The translations under genes were made by a program, and so were the position numbers. A model generated the notes under the pieces. That model was not told where the DNA came from, did not search any database, and saw only the letters and a program-made list of their open reading frames with translations. A DNA stretch of 64,000 nt from Myxococcota bacterium. GTDB lineage: Bacteria > Myxococcota_A > UBA9160 > UBA6930. Where the stretch lies: NCBI GenBank assembly GCA_965223705.1, contig OZ245015.1, forward strand, positions 3,968,001 through 4,032,000, in the 5' to 3' direction. Positions 21,458 to 29,672 of the stretch are shown here, piece after piece; within the stretch, counting starts at the first letter, position 1, and every line of letters begins with the position of its first letter.

Positions 21458-21706
21458 CTAGTCCTCTCGGATGTAGTAGTTCCTCGGTGTGCCGTCAAAG
21501 CGACCTGTTTTCAGGCAACAGCGCTTGAAAGCGTCGTCCCGAGCCGCAGGGGCACAAGTCTTTTCGCCCGAGCTTTTCGTAAAGCTCCTTGTTCCCGTGG
21601 ACTACTCGGTGGCCTCGTTTGACACGAGTCTCGCTGGGGTAGCCTTTTTCGGCGCTTACTCGTGGTCTCGAAAGCGCGGGAGGTCTTCGTCGGTTGTGCG
21701 TGCCAT
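21458..21706 (-). CDS. Small SEC-C (Zn-binding) motif protein interrupted by three +1 frame transitions (recoded gene or pseudogene)
   Basis: AAGGGAGGTG Shine-Dalgarno, ATG 21706. Joined reading: [81 protein letters not shown]. Confidence 0.7.
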
Positions 21707-21918
21707 GGGGCACCTCCCTTCTCGGGTTGCACCGGATTGGGTGCGGGCCCTCGTGAGTACCCCAGAACGGACGGGGTCGCTACGTAACCGGCGGTAAACG
21801 CCTTCGCCCGGTCGTAGTTCGCGTTAATCTCGTAAGTCTCACGCCATTAATCGTTCAGCGGACGCGTGCCCGTCGGTAGCGCCGAGAACAATCGACAACG
21901 CCACTCAAAGGAGTCACC

Positions 21919-23676
21919 GTGAAGGCTTCAGCTAATTTCGTACGTATCAGCGTTCTGCTGCTGGGCTTGGCAGCCGTGTCTCCGACTGACGCGGCAACGG
22001 ATGTGACGCCCGAGTACGGCGACCTCTCGCTTCCGTCGCACTGGAAGGCGGACGAGCCGGTGGGGGACACCGGAGCCTCGGTCACGAAAGACCAGCTCGA
22101 TGGCGCCGCCTCGGATCCGTCGGCGTGGCTTCACTACTACGGGGACTATCGAGGCTATCGGCACAGCCCGGTGAAGGGTCTCACGCCGGAGACTGCCCGT
22201 CGCCTTCGCCCGCGCTGGGTTCTACCGACCGGGGCCACGGGTCATCTGGCGGTTTCACCCATCTACTTCGATGGAATTCTCTACGCGACGACACCGAGAA
22301 ACCGCCTCTACGCAATCGACGCACGCAGCGGCGAAGTTCTCTGGAGGTACGATCATCCGCAGCCGCCCGACCTTCGGATCTGCTGCGGTGTTCCGAACCG
22401 CGGCGTCGCGATCGCGGGACAGCTCCTCTTCATGGCGACGCTCGATGCCAAGCTTCTGGCCTTCAATCGACGGACCGGGGAGATCGCGTGGCGGGTGACG
22501 ATCGAGGACTACAAGCTCGGGCTTTCGGCCACGGCGGCACCGCTGGTCGTCGACGACCTGGTGTATATCGGCATCGCGGGCGGGGAGTACGGGGTTCGCG
22601 GCTTCTTCGACGCCTACCGCGCGGACTCCGGTGAGCGCGTCTGGCGCCACTACACCGTTCCCGCCGCGGGAGAGCCGGGGGCGGAGACCTGGGGAAATGA
22701 ATCTTATGAATCCGGCGGCGCCGCTGCTTGGACCACCGGGACTTACGACCCGAGTACCGACACGCTGTTCTGGACGACGGGAAACCCTTCGCCGGACTGG
22801 AACGGCGACGTGAGGCCCGGTGACAACCTCTATGCGGATTCGGTTCTAGCCGTCGATCCGCGCACGGGGCAACGCAAATGGCACTTCCAGTTCACGCCGC
22901 ACAACGTGTGGGACTACGACGGGAACACGCAGCTGTTCTTGATCGATGTCGAATTCGAAGGGCGCGAGGTGAAAGCTCTCGCTCAGCCCAATCGCAACGG
23001 ATTCTTCTACCTCCTCGATCGAACGAACGGAGCGTTTCTGCGCGCGACCCCTTACGTCGAGCAGCTCAACTGGGCGAAGAGGCTCGACGAAAACGGCCGA
23101 CCTGAGGTCGATCCGGCGAAAGTCCCCGTCGAGAACCCCACCGAGCGGATCTGCCCCGGCGCGCAAGGTGGCCTCAACGGAGGCTGGACCGCCGCGTACA
23201 ACCCGGCGACAGGCCTCGCTTACGTCCCGACCATCGAAGCCTGCCAAACCATGAACAAGGGCATCGCCGTGAGGATCGAAGGCAACCCCTATATGGGCGG
23301 CGGCTTCAATCCGATCGACGGCAATGCGGGACAATCCTACGGGCGCCTGGTCGCCTACGACCCAGCGTCGGGAACCGTGCGCTGGGCCTACCGCGACCCG
23401 AACCCTCTCATGGGCGGCACGCTCAGCACAGCGGGCGGTCTCGTGGTCACCGGCAATCAGGAAGGGTTCGCCCTCGGCATCGACGCGAAGACCGGCAAAG
23501 AGGTCTGGCGCCATCGCCTCGGTTCTCCGGTACGCAGCCAGCCTGTCGCTTTTGAACTCGATGGCGTGCCGCACCTCGCGATCGGAGCGGGCCAGGAGCC
23601 CCTCTACACCGCGGTTGCCGGAGGGCCTACCCGAGTACCCGAAGGCGGTGCCCTCTACCTGTTTCGGGTGGAGTAG
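21919..23676 (+). CDS. PQQ-dependent dehydrogenase (methanol/ethanol family), exported
   Basis: Signal peptide, ICCGVPNRG vicinal disulfide, GGEYGVRG, TGNPSPDWNG, WDYDG. Confidence 0.9.
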   Translation: MKASANFVRISVLLLGLAAVSPTDAATDVTPEYGDLSLPSHWKADEPVGDTGASVTKDQLDGAASDPSAWLHYYGDYRGYRHSPVKGLTPETARRLRPRWVLPTGATGHLAVSPIYFDGILYATTPRNRLYAIDARSGEVLWRYDHPQPPDLRICCGVPNRGVAIAGQLLFMATLDAKLLAFNRRTGEIAWRVTIEDYKLGLSATAAPLVVDDLVYIGIAGGEYGVRGFFDAYRADSGERVWRHYTVPAAGEPGAETWGNESYESGGAAAWTTGTYDPSTDTLFWTTGNPSPDWNGDVRPGDNLYADSVLAVDPRTGQRKWHFQFTPHNVWDYDGNTQLFLIDVEFEGREVKALAQPNRNGFFYLLDRTNGAFLRATPYVEQLNWAKRLDENGRPEVDPAKVPVENPTERICPGAQGGLNGGWTAAYNPATGLAYVPTIEACQTMNKGIAVRIEGNPYMGGGFNPIDGNAGQSYGRLVAYDPASGTVRWAYRDPNPLMGGTLSTAGGLVVTGNQEGFALGIDAKTGKEVWRHRLGSPVRSQPVAFELDGVPHLAIGAGQEPLYTAVAGGPTRVPEGGALYLFRVE

Positions 23677-23734
23677 CGGGGCATCGACCGAGGGCTAGGC
23701 TCTTCGATCCCTTCGCACCAAAGAGAGTTCTCGA

Positions 23735-24178
23735 ATGAAACGTCGACTCGCGTCCACTGGTCTGCTCCTCCTCTCGCTCGGCCTGGCGCCGAGCGCGGGC
23801 TTCGCCCAACCGCCGCAAGGTGTCGATCCCGAGTTGCTGAAGCGACTTCAGGATCCCGAGGCGATGCAGCGCATGGCAGCGGAAGCCGAAGCGGCGCAGA
23901 AGTGCCTCGAAGGCATCGAACGGAAGAAGCTCGAAGCCCTGCGCACGCGGGGCGAAGCGGCTTCTGCGGAAGTCGAGCGACTGTGCGCCGAGGGAAAGAA
24001 GCAGGAGGCGCTCGCCCGCGCGCTCGCCTTGAGCCGGGAGATGCGCGGCGACCCCACGGTCAAGAAGCTGCGCGAGTGCACGAAAGGCATGTCGGCGATG
24101 ATGCAGCGCATGCCTTTGAGCCAGCTACCGGGAGTCCAGGATCGGCCCGATCCCACCGACGACGACATCTGCAGCTGA
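23735..24178 (+). CDS. Exported helical hypothetical protein with 4 Cys
   Basis: Signal peptide ending AGFA; helical, charged mature part. Confidence 0.65.
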   Translation: MKRRLASTGLLLLSLGLAPSAGFAQPPQGVDPELLKRLQDPEAMQRMAAEAEAAQKCLEGIERKKLEALRTRGEAASAEVERLCAEGKKQEALARALALSREMRGDPTVKKLRECTKGMSAMMQRMPLSQLPGVQDRPDPTDDDICS

Positions 24179-24197
24179 GGTTCAAAGGCGGGCGAAG

Positions 24198-24650
24198 ATG
24201 GACGCCGAACAGCTCGACGAATTGAATCGTCGGATCGACGCTTCGTTCGCCCTTCAAGTCGCCTCACCGCCCCTGACCCTCCGAGCCGGCAACGCGATCG
24301 ACAGCTACGAGATCGCGCCCGAATTCGATCCAGAACTCGACCGAGCGGATGGGGCCTACTTCGAATCGCATCACTTCGGCATCCATCATCTCGACCCGGT
24401 TTCGTGGCTCTTCTACTTGCCTCTTCTCCTCAAGTACAGCCTTCTGCAGATGGAGGCAGGGGTGTCGTCGGCCGTGGACACGTTCCTGTTCTCCCTCCGT
24501 CCTCCCGACCGCGACCCTCCGAGGTTTGGAGAACTCTCGGCGGAGCAAAAAGCTGTAGTTGTCGCCGTGCTGGAAGCGATCGGGTACTCCTCGGAGTCTC
24601 GCTATCAAGACGAAGCGCTGACCGCCCTTCAGGAATACTGGTATCTCTAG
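24198..24650 (+). CDS. Hypothetical protein (DUF6714-like)
   Basis: TLRAGNAIDSY, HHLDPVSWLFYLP, LSAEQKAVV. Confidence 0.55.
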   Translation: MDAEQLDELNRRIDASFALQVASPPLTLRAGNAIDSYEIAPEFDPELDRADGAYFESHHFGIHHLDPVSWLFYLPLLLKYSLLQMEAGVSSAVDTFLFSLRPPDRDPPRFGELSAEQKAVVVAVLEAIGYSSESRYQDEALTALQEYWYL

Positions 24651-25471
24651 GCGTCCGCGCCCCACGCGATTCCATTGCGCAAGAGCTGTAGAAAAGCGTC
24701 GCTCTCCCAGCCGCCTCGAAAGGTCAACGGGGTGCGGCCTTCGGGGTCGATGCTCGCGTCGACAAAGGGCTGCACGTTGCACGCCGGGGCGTGGCAGTGT
24801 CCGAGGGCGATGTACGTGACCGCTCCGCGGCCGGCCCTTCGCGTAAATGCCAGCACCCTTGTTTTTCCGTCCGCTTCAAGGGCCGTGTCCGTGTCGTATG
24901 CGAAGCCAAAGCCTCGGGGCGAAGGATCTTCCGGAAGTTCGCAGGTCAGCAGGATCTCCGTCGCATCCCGATCGAGGAGCTCGATGAGATAGAGCTCGTC
25001 CGCGACCTCGAACGAGTCCGGCAACCCGCGGAGAAGCGGCGAATCGATCTGCGAAACGTCGACCCGGAATTTCCGCAGCGGCGGATGATTCAGGAAGAAG
25101 CCGCCGAGCAGGCGGTGATGATCGAGCTTGACCATCTGCCGGCGTCGGGGGTCGCCGCCGATCTTCGCCGCCTTGCCACCGCTCGTCCCGTGAAGAGCCA
25201 AGTAGCGTCCCCCGGCTTCGAGCCAGCGCTCAAGCGACTCGCACTGGTCGGGGTCAGGGTAAGGCCCCGCCACGTAGCTGATGAGCAGCTGTGTTCCGGG
25301 TAGCCACTTGTCGATGTCGGTAAAGTCATTGGCCGTCGTCGCGGCAACCCGCGGGTTCTCGCCGAGGAGTTCCAGCAGCTGGCGGCGGGCGAAATCCATA
25401 TCGTGGCCCGCGGAGGATCCGGGCGGGAAGCCTCCACAGATGAAATGCGCTCGGATCGGGCTGTCGCTCAT
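24647..25471 (-). CDS. ThuA-like domain protein
   Basis: GHDMDFAR, GGRYLALHG, LGGFFLNHP, FEVADELY, GRGAVTYIALGH. Confidence 0.8.
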   Translation of the reverse strand: MSDSPIRAHFICGGFPPGSSAGHDMDFARRQLLELLGENPRVAATTANDFTDIDKWLPGTQLLISYVAGPYPDPDQCESLERWLEAGGRYLALHGTSGGKAAKIGGDPRRRQMVKLDHHRLLGGFFLNHPPLRKFRVDVSQIDSPLLRGLPDSFEVADELYLIELLDRDATEILLTCELPEDPSPRGFGFAYDTDTALEADGKTRVLAFTRRAGRGAVTYIALGHCHAPACNVQPFVDASIDPEGRTPLTFRGGWESDAFLQLLRNGIAWGADA

Positions 25472-25500
25472 GGTGTCCGCCTATTTCGTGCAGCGACGGC

Positions 25501-26388
25501 TTAGCGCGGTGGGCCGGCATCGATCAGCGCGCGCACTTCCCCGAAGCTCTCGGGGCGTCCATCGATCCATTCGAGCCACCAGGTCGCACCGATTTCTCGA
25601 TAGGACTCGACCAGCTGCGCCGGGCTTCCGGAGCTGCTCCGCGCGCGGCCCGTCGCGACGAGGTCGAAACCGTCGAGGCCGCCGCGAAGATCTGAGATGG
25701 TTTCCCCGACGGCTCTGAGATCCTCGGGCGAGAGCCACCACTGGCTCCAGTCGATTTCGGCCATCGTGAAGCCGCCGGGCGGGGGGGCGTCCGGGAAACG
25801 GATCGGAAAGACGCCTTCGCAGCGCGCGGCACGCTTCACGCCGGGCAGCGCCGGCCACACGGCGGCCGCCCAGATCGGCGGACGCGGACGCTGTCGAGGA
25901 GGCGGCGCGAGCAGCGCGTTCTCTACACGGTAGTGCGACCCCTGGTGCGAGTAGGGCTTCCCGGCTTCGAGCAGCGCTCCGAGGATTTCAAGACCTTCGT
26001 TCAGCTTTTCGGCGCGGGTCTTCGCGCTTCCGTCCTCGCCAAACGCCTCGAACTCGAGTTCCGGCGGCTCGCCGAGTCCAACGCCGAAAATGACTCGGCC
26101 GTCACTCAAGTGATCAAGAGTCGAAACTTCCTTGGCCACTTTCCAAGGTCGGCGCCGGGCGAGGGGCGTAATCATCGGGCCGATCGAGAGCCGCTCGGTC
26201 GTTGCGGCGATGGCCGACAAAACAACGGTCGCATCGCAAATCGGAAGGTTCCCATCCGGTTCGAGGACGAGGTGGTCCCAGACGAAATAGCCGTCCCAGC
26301 CGGCGGCCTCAGCAGCACCCGCGAGCTCGATTTGTTTCGCGGGGTCGGCGAAGTCGTGGAACGTCGGGATGTAGATGCCGTACTTCAT
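25501..26388 (-). CDS. LLM-class flavin-dependent oxidoreductase
   Basis: AEAAGWDGYFVWDH, RRPWKVAKEVSTLDHLSDGRVIFGVGLG. Confidence 0.88.
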   Translation of the reverse strand: MKYGIYIPTFHDFADPAKQIELAGAAEAAGWDGYFVWDHLVLEPDGNLPICDATVVLSAIAATTERLSIGPMITPLARRRPWKVAKEVSTLDHLSDGRVIFGVGLGEPPELEFEAFGEDGSAKTRAEKLNEGLEILGALLEAGKPYSHQGSHYRVENALLAPPPRQRPRPPIWAAAVWPALPGVKRAARCEGVFPIRFPDAPPPGGFTMAEIDWSQWWLSPEDLRAVGETISDLRGGLDGFDLVATGRARSSSGSPAQLVESYREIGATWWLEWIDGRPESFGEVRALIDAGPPR

Positions 26389-26474
26389 CGCACCAGGGTA
26401 ACGTCTATCCGTGTCGGGCACCCCGTGCGGGTGCGTTCGATTCTCAGGCAACCGGCCGACCGGGGAGTGACGCG

Positions 26475-27059
26475 GTGAACACGAATCGAATGATCGCCTT
26501 CGGCTTGACCGGTGGCATGCTCATCGCGACAACGCTCCTTGTTGTCGACCGCGGTGGTCTCCTAGCCTGGGTCGGGATTGTCCTCGGCTCTCTACTCTTT
26601 CTGAAGTTCCTGCGGCGTCCGTCGCCACGAGACGCCGCGCTCGCCGCAGCCCTGCTCGGCATCTGGGCCGCCGCCTGGGGCGCCACTTGGATGTACGTCG
26701 TGTCGACGTGGGAATCGGGAGAAGTCGTCCAGATCGACGTCGCCGACGAGCACACCGCTCGGGTGTGGGTGCTCGACACGGACGACGGGCCCGTCATGTA
26801 CTACGACGCTCCTCCCGATGTCGCGAGCTCCCTCCTCGCGGGCGCGTCCTTGTCGGTGACGCGCGATGGCCGCGTCGAGGACGCGTGCGCGTCCGCTTCT
26901 CGTGTGGAGGAGCTTCCTGAGGAGCGAATCCAGGGATTGCTCGAGGCGATGGAAGAAAAATACGGAAGCCGCAACAGGGCGACGGACGTCTTCTATGCCC
27001 TGATCGGGGTCAAGCGAAACCGAGTCGGTCTCGTGGTCACCGTGGTTCCCTGCGAATGA
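26475..27059 (+). CDS. Membrane-anchored hypothetical protein
   Basis: Three N-terminal hydrophobic segments followed by a soluble domain; ATGA overlap with the next gene. Confidence 0.6.
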   Translation: MNTNRMIAFGLTGGMLIATTLLVVDRGGLLAWVGIVLGSLLFLKFLRRPSPRDAALAAALLGIWAAAWGATWMYVVSTWESGEVVQIDVADEHTARVWVLDTDDGPVMYYDAPPDVASSLLAGASLSVTRDGRVEDACASASRVEELPEERIQGLLEAMEEKYGSRNRATDVFYALIGVKRNRVGLVVTVVPCE

Positions 27060-27445
27060 CGCCCGAATGGGAGACCGCAGCCAAGACCGGCGACTCCGGC
27101 GCGATTCGCACTTTATTGGAGAAAGGCGCCGATCCGAACGTCCGCAATTCGGACAACCAGACCGCGCTGATGCTAGTGGCACACGCAGGCCACTTTGAAC
27201 CGACCTCGCTGCTCCTGAGAGCCGGCGCCGACTTGGATGCAACCGCGAAGTTCGGGCTCAGCGCGACGATGCTGGCGGTGGTCGCCGGTCACGAAGACAT
27301 CGCGCTGCTGTTGGCGAGAGCGGGAGCAGATCTCAGCGTGCAAGGGACGGGCGCTCCGGGATTCGCCGGAAAAACCGCCTCGGATCTGGCGCGCGAGAAA
27401 GGCTTCGCGAGGCTCGCTGATGAGCTCGACCCGACCCGGCCGTAA
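27056..27445 (+). CDS. Ankyrin repeat protein
   Basis: LLEKGADPN, TALMLVAHAGH, LLRAGADLD, LLARAGADL. Confidence 0.9.
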   Translation: MTPEWETAAKTGDSGAIRTLLEKGADPNVRNSDNQTALMLVAHAGHFEPTSLLLRAGADLDATAKFGLSATMLAVVAGHEDIALLLARAGADLSVQGTGAPGFAGKTASDLAREKGFARLADELDPTRP

Positions 27446-27451
27446 GGAGTG

Positions 27452-27742
27452 TCAGTACGCCCGGTCGAGCGTCTCGCAGCGGCTCGAGTCGATCGCGCTG
27501 CGAATCGATAAGTAGGGCCAGCCGTAGATCGGAATGAATCCCAGCCAGAACTTGTTCGGCGGCGCGTTCTCGATTGAGCCCCAACCTTTCAGGTACCACT
27601 CGCCGAGGCCCGCATGAACCACCGAGAAAACCGCAGCCAGCTGAGAGCTGCGCCCCCCGGCACAGACTCGGGCGTCGGCTGGATCCGCGATCGCCGAAAG
27701 CGCAAGTAAGGCGGCGGCTGCAATCGAAATGCCTCGCATCAT
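27452..27742 (-). CDS. Small exported or membrane hypothetical protein
   Basis: Signal peptide, HAGLGEWY, hydrophobic C-terminal segment. Confidence 0.55.
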   Translation of the reverse strand: MMRGISIAAAALLALSAIADPADARVCAGGRSSQLAAVFSVVHAGLGEWYLKGWGSIENAPPNKFWLGFIPIYGWPYLSIRSAIDSSRCETLDRAY

Positions 27743-27869
27743 TCGTCTCCCTTTCGCACGGGCATCCGTCCGTTGACCGGCGCGTAGGAGATGAGCCTAA
27801 CCATCCTGTGCCGGCCCGTCACAGATCGAGATCACAAAAGCGCTTTTGCAAGTTCGCTAGCCTTCTCGC

Positions 27870-28352
27870 GTGAGCCTGCAAGATCTCGGAGCGATTGGAG
27901 AAGTCGTCGGAGCCATCGCGGTCGTCGTGTCGTTGATCTACGTCGCGCACCAGATTCGACAAAGCTCCGAACATCTAGAAGTGAATTCCCAGCACGTTCG
28001 CGCCTCCATGTACCACGCGACGAACGACAACTTTATGCGTTGGTTCGGTCTCCTCGCACAGGATAAGGGGCTCGCGTCGCTCTGGATTCGAGGTCTGCAG
28101 GGCGAAGGGCTATCCCCCGAAGAAACCGTACGTTTCAACGCGACCGCGTCCATGTTCTTCATGTCTCTCGAGAGCAACTTCGAGCAAGCGAGGCTGGGTA
28201 CGATCGAACGCGAGACCCTGGAGCTCACGCGCCCGTTCATCGCAAGAATTTTATCCTGCCCGGCGGGCCAGGAGTGGTGGTCTCGCCAGGCCGTCATCAC
28301 CTTGACGTCCGAGTTTCGCGCCACCATTGACCAGCTGGTCGCAGACGGTTGA
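27870..28352 (+). CDS. Conserved hypothetical membrane-anchored protein
   Basis: N-terminal LGAIGEVVGAIAVVVSLIYVAHQIRQ helix; C-terminal PAGQEWW..EFRATID. Confidence 0.7.
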   Translation: MSLQDLGAIGEVVGAIAVVVSLIYVAHQIRQSSEHLEVNSQHVRASMYHATNDNFMRWFGLLAQDKGLASLWIRGLQGEGLSPEETVRFNATASMFFMSLESNFEQARLGTIERETLELTRPFIARILSCPAGQEWWSRQAVITLTSEFRATIDQLVADG

Positions 28353-28359
28353 AAAACCC

Positions 28360-28983
28360 ATGGCGTCGGAATCCGACTCGCTCCTCGAGGTTTGGTTCGG
28401 GGACGATCTCGACATTCGGGAAACGGTGGTCGCGCGCGTGCGCACGTGGTTCGAAGGAGGCGCGGCGTTTGACGAAGCGCTGAAACGCCGGTTCGGCTCG
28501 CTCCCCGACCGCGCGCTACGCGGAGAATTCGCCGCATGGCGCGAGACGCCGCGTCAAACGGTCGCGTTGGTGCTCGCGCTCGACCAGCTTCCCCGGAACC
28601 TGTTCCGCGACACCGGCCGAGCGTTCGCTTATGACACCGCGGCCGTCGATACGACCCGCTGGGCGATCTCGCACGAGATGGACGAGCAGGTTCACCCGGT
28701 GGAAGCCGCTTTTTTCTACTTTCCGTTGGAGCACGCTGAGGATATCGATCTGCAGACCCAGTGCGTCTCCCTATTCCGGAGGCTCACCGACCGCGCGCCG
28801 AGTTCCCTGCGTGACGTATTTGAATCTTTTGAGTCGTTCGCGGAACGGCACCGCGGTGTGATCGAACGGTTCGGCCGGTTTCCTCACCGTAACGAGCTCC
28901 TCGGCCGCGTCTCGACGCCCGAGGAGTCTCGCTATCTGCGCGAGGGCGGCGAAACGTTCGGGGGAAGCGAGGCCGAGAAATGA
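28360..28983 (+). CDS. DUF924 family protein
   Basis: LDQLPRNLFR, FFYFPLEHAE, IERFGRFPHRNELLGRVSTPEE. Confidence 0.92.
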   Translation: MASESDSLLEVWFGDDLDIRETVVARVRTWFEGGAAFDEALKRRFGSLPDRALRGEFAAWRETPRQTVALVLALDQLPRNLFRDTGRAFAYDTAAVDTTRWAISHEMDEQVHPVEAAFFYFPLEHAEDIDLQTQCVSLFRRLTDRAPSSLRDVFESFESFAERHRGVIERFGRFPHRNELLGRVSTPEESRYLREGGETFGGSEAEK

Positions 28984-28998
28984 GTTTCGCGCGGCCTG

Positions 28999-29514
28999 CT
29001 AGAGCGCGGCGAGGATGTCGGCCTCGCTCACCTTACCGGCGCCGCGTGTGAGCTCTGTTCCCTCGGCGCTATAGAGAACCCAAGCCGGCTGCTTGTTCAC
29101 CGCGAACGCCTGCCAGCCACCGCGGGATTCGTCGTAGAAGTTCCTGAAGGTGAGCTTGTGGTCGTCGACAAACTCGAGGCCCTCCGGAAGCGAGGCGCCC
29201 CCGCCGAAGCCGACGATGTCGAACTGGTTCTGCTTCTTGGCCATCGCTTCCATGCCGGGAGCCTCCCGGGCACAGGAGCCTCACCACGGCGCCCAGAACC
29301 ACACGAGTAGCGGCTTGCCGTTCGGCAAAGCCGCAGCCGAAACGCTCCCGCCTCCCAGTTGCTCGAGTTCGATATCGGGCAGTCCGGGAGCCTGAGACAC
29401 CTCCGAAGCCGCCTGCTCGCCCGCTTCGTCAGCCGCGGCGCAACCGAACCCGACACCCGATGTCGCGATCAGGCACGCTGCGGCGTAAGCCCATAGAATT
29501 CTTCGCGTCGTCAT
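28999..29514 (-). CDS. TlpA/thioredoxin-fold lipoprotein, probable selenoprotein (UxxC)
   Basis: ORF-track pieces 29281-29904 and 28999-29253 share a frame. KPLLVWFWAPW-TGA-GSCAREAP puts TGA (29281-29283) at the first Cys of CxxC. Lipobox-like GFGC and cis-Pro-type QP motif present. Confidence 0.85.
29252..29273 (-). promoter_or_regulatory. Putative bacterial SECIS hairpin
   Basis: GUG-C-CCGGG-AGGCU-CCCGG-CAU stem-loop; its G-containing loop starts about 17 nt 3' of the in-frame UGA. Confidence 0.6.
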
Positions 29515-29672
29515 TTTGAAGATCGTAGGCATCCCGCGCCGTAGGGCAAGGCACAAGCAGCGGGCGCGCTGTCGATCGGCAATGTGCGCAGCCGACGTGT
29601 AGAACCGTCCCTTTTCGCTCTCGTGAGCTGGATCACGGTCCGAAAGAATCCTCAACCCGAGAGGAGCGCCCC

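Noticed and set aside
21495..21713. 72-aa ORF-track protein as the true SEC-C product
   Set aside because: Its GTG start lies inside the Shine-Dalgarno of ATG 21706, and it lacks the last two Cys of the motif.
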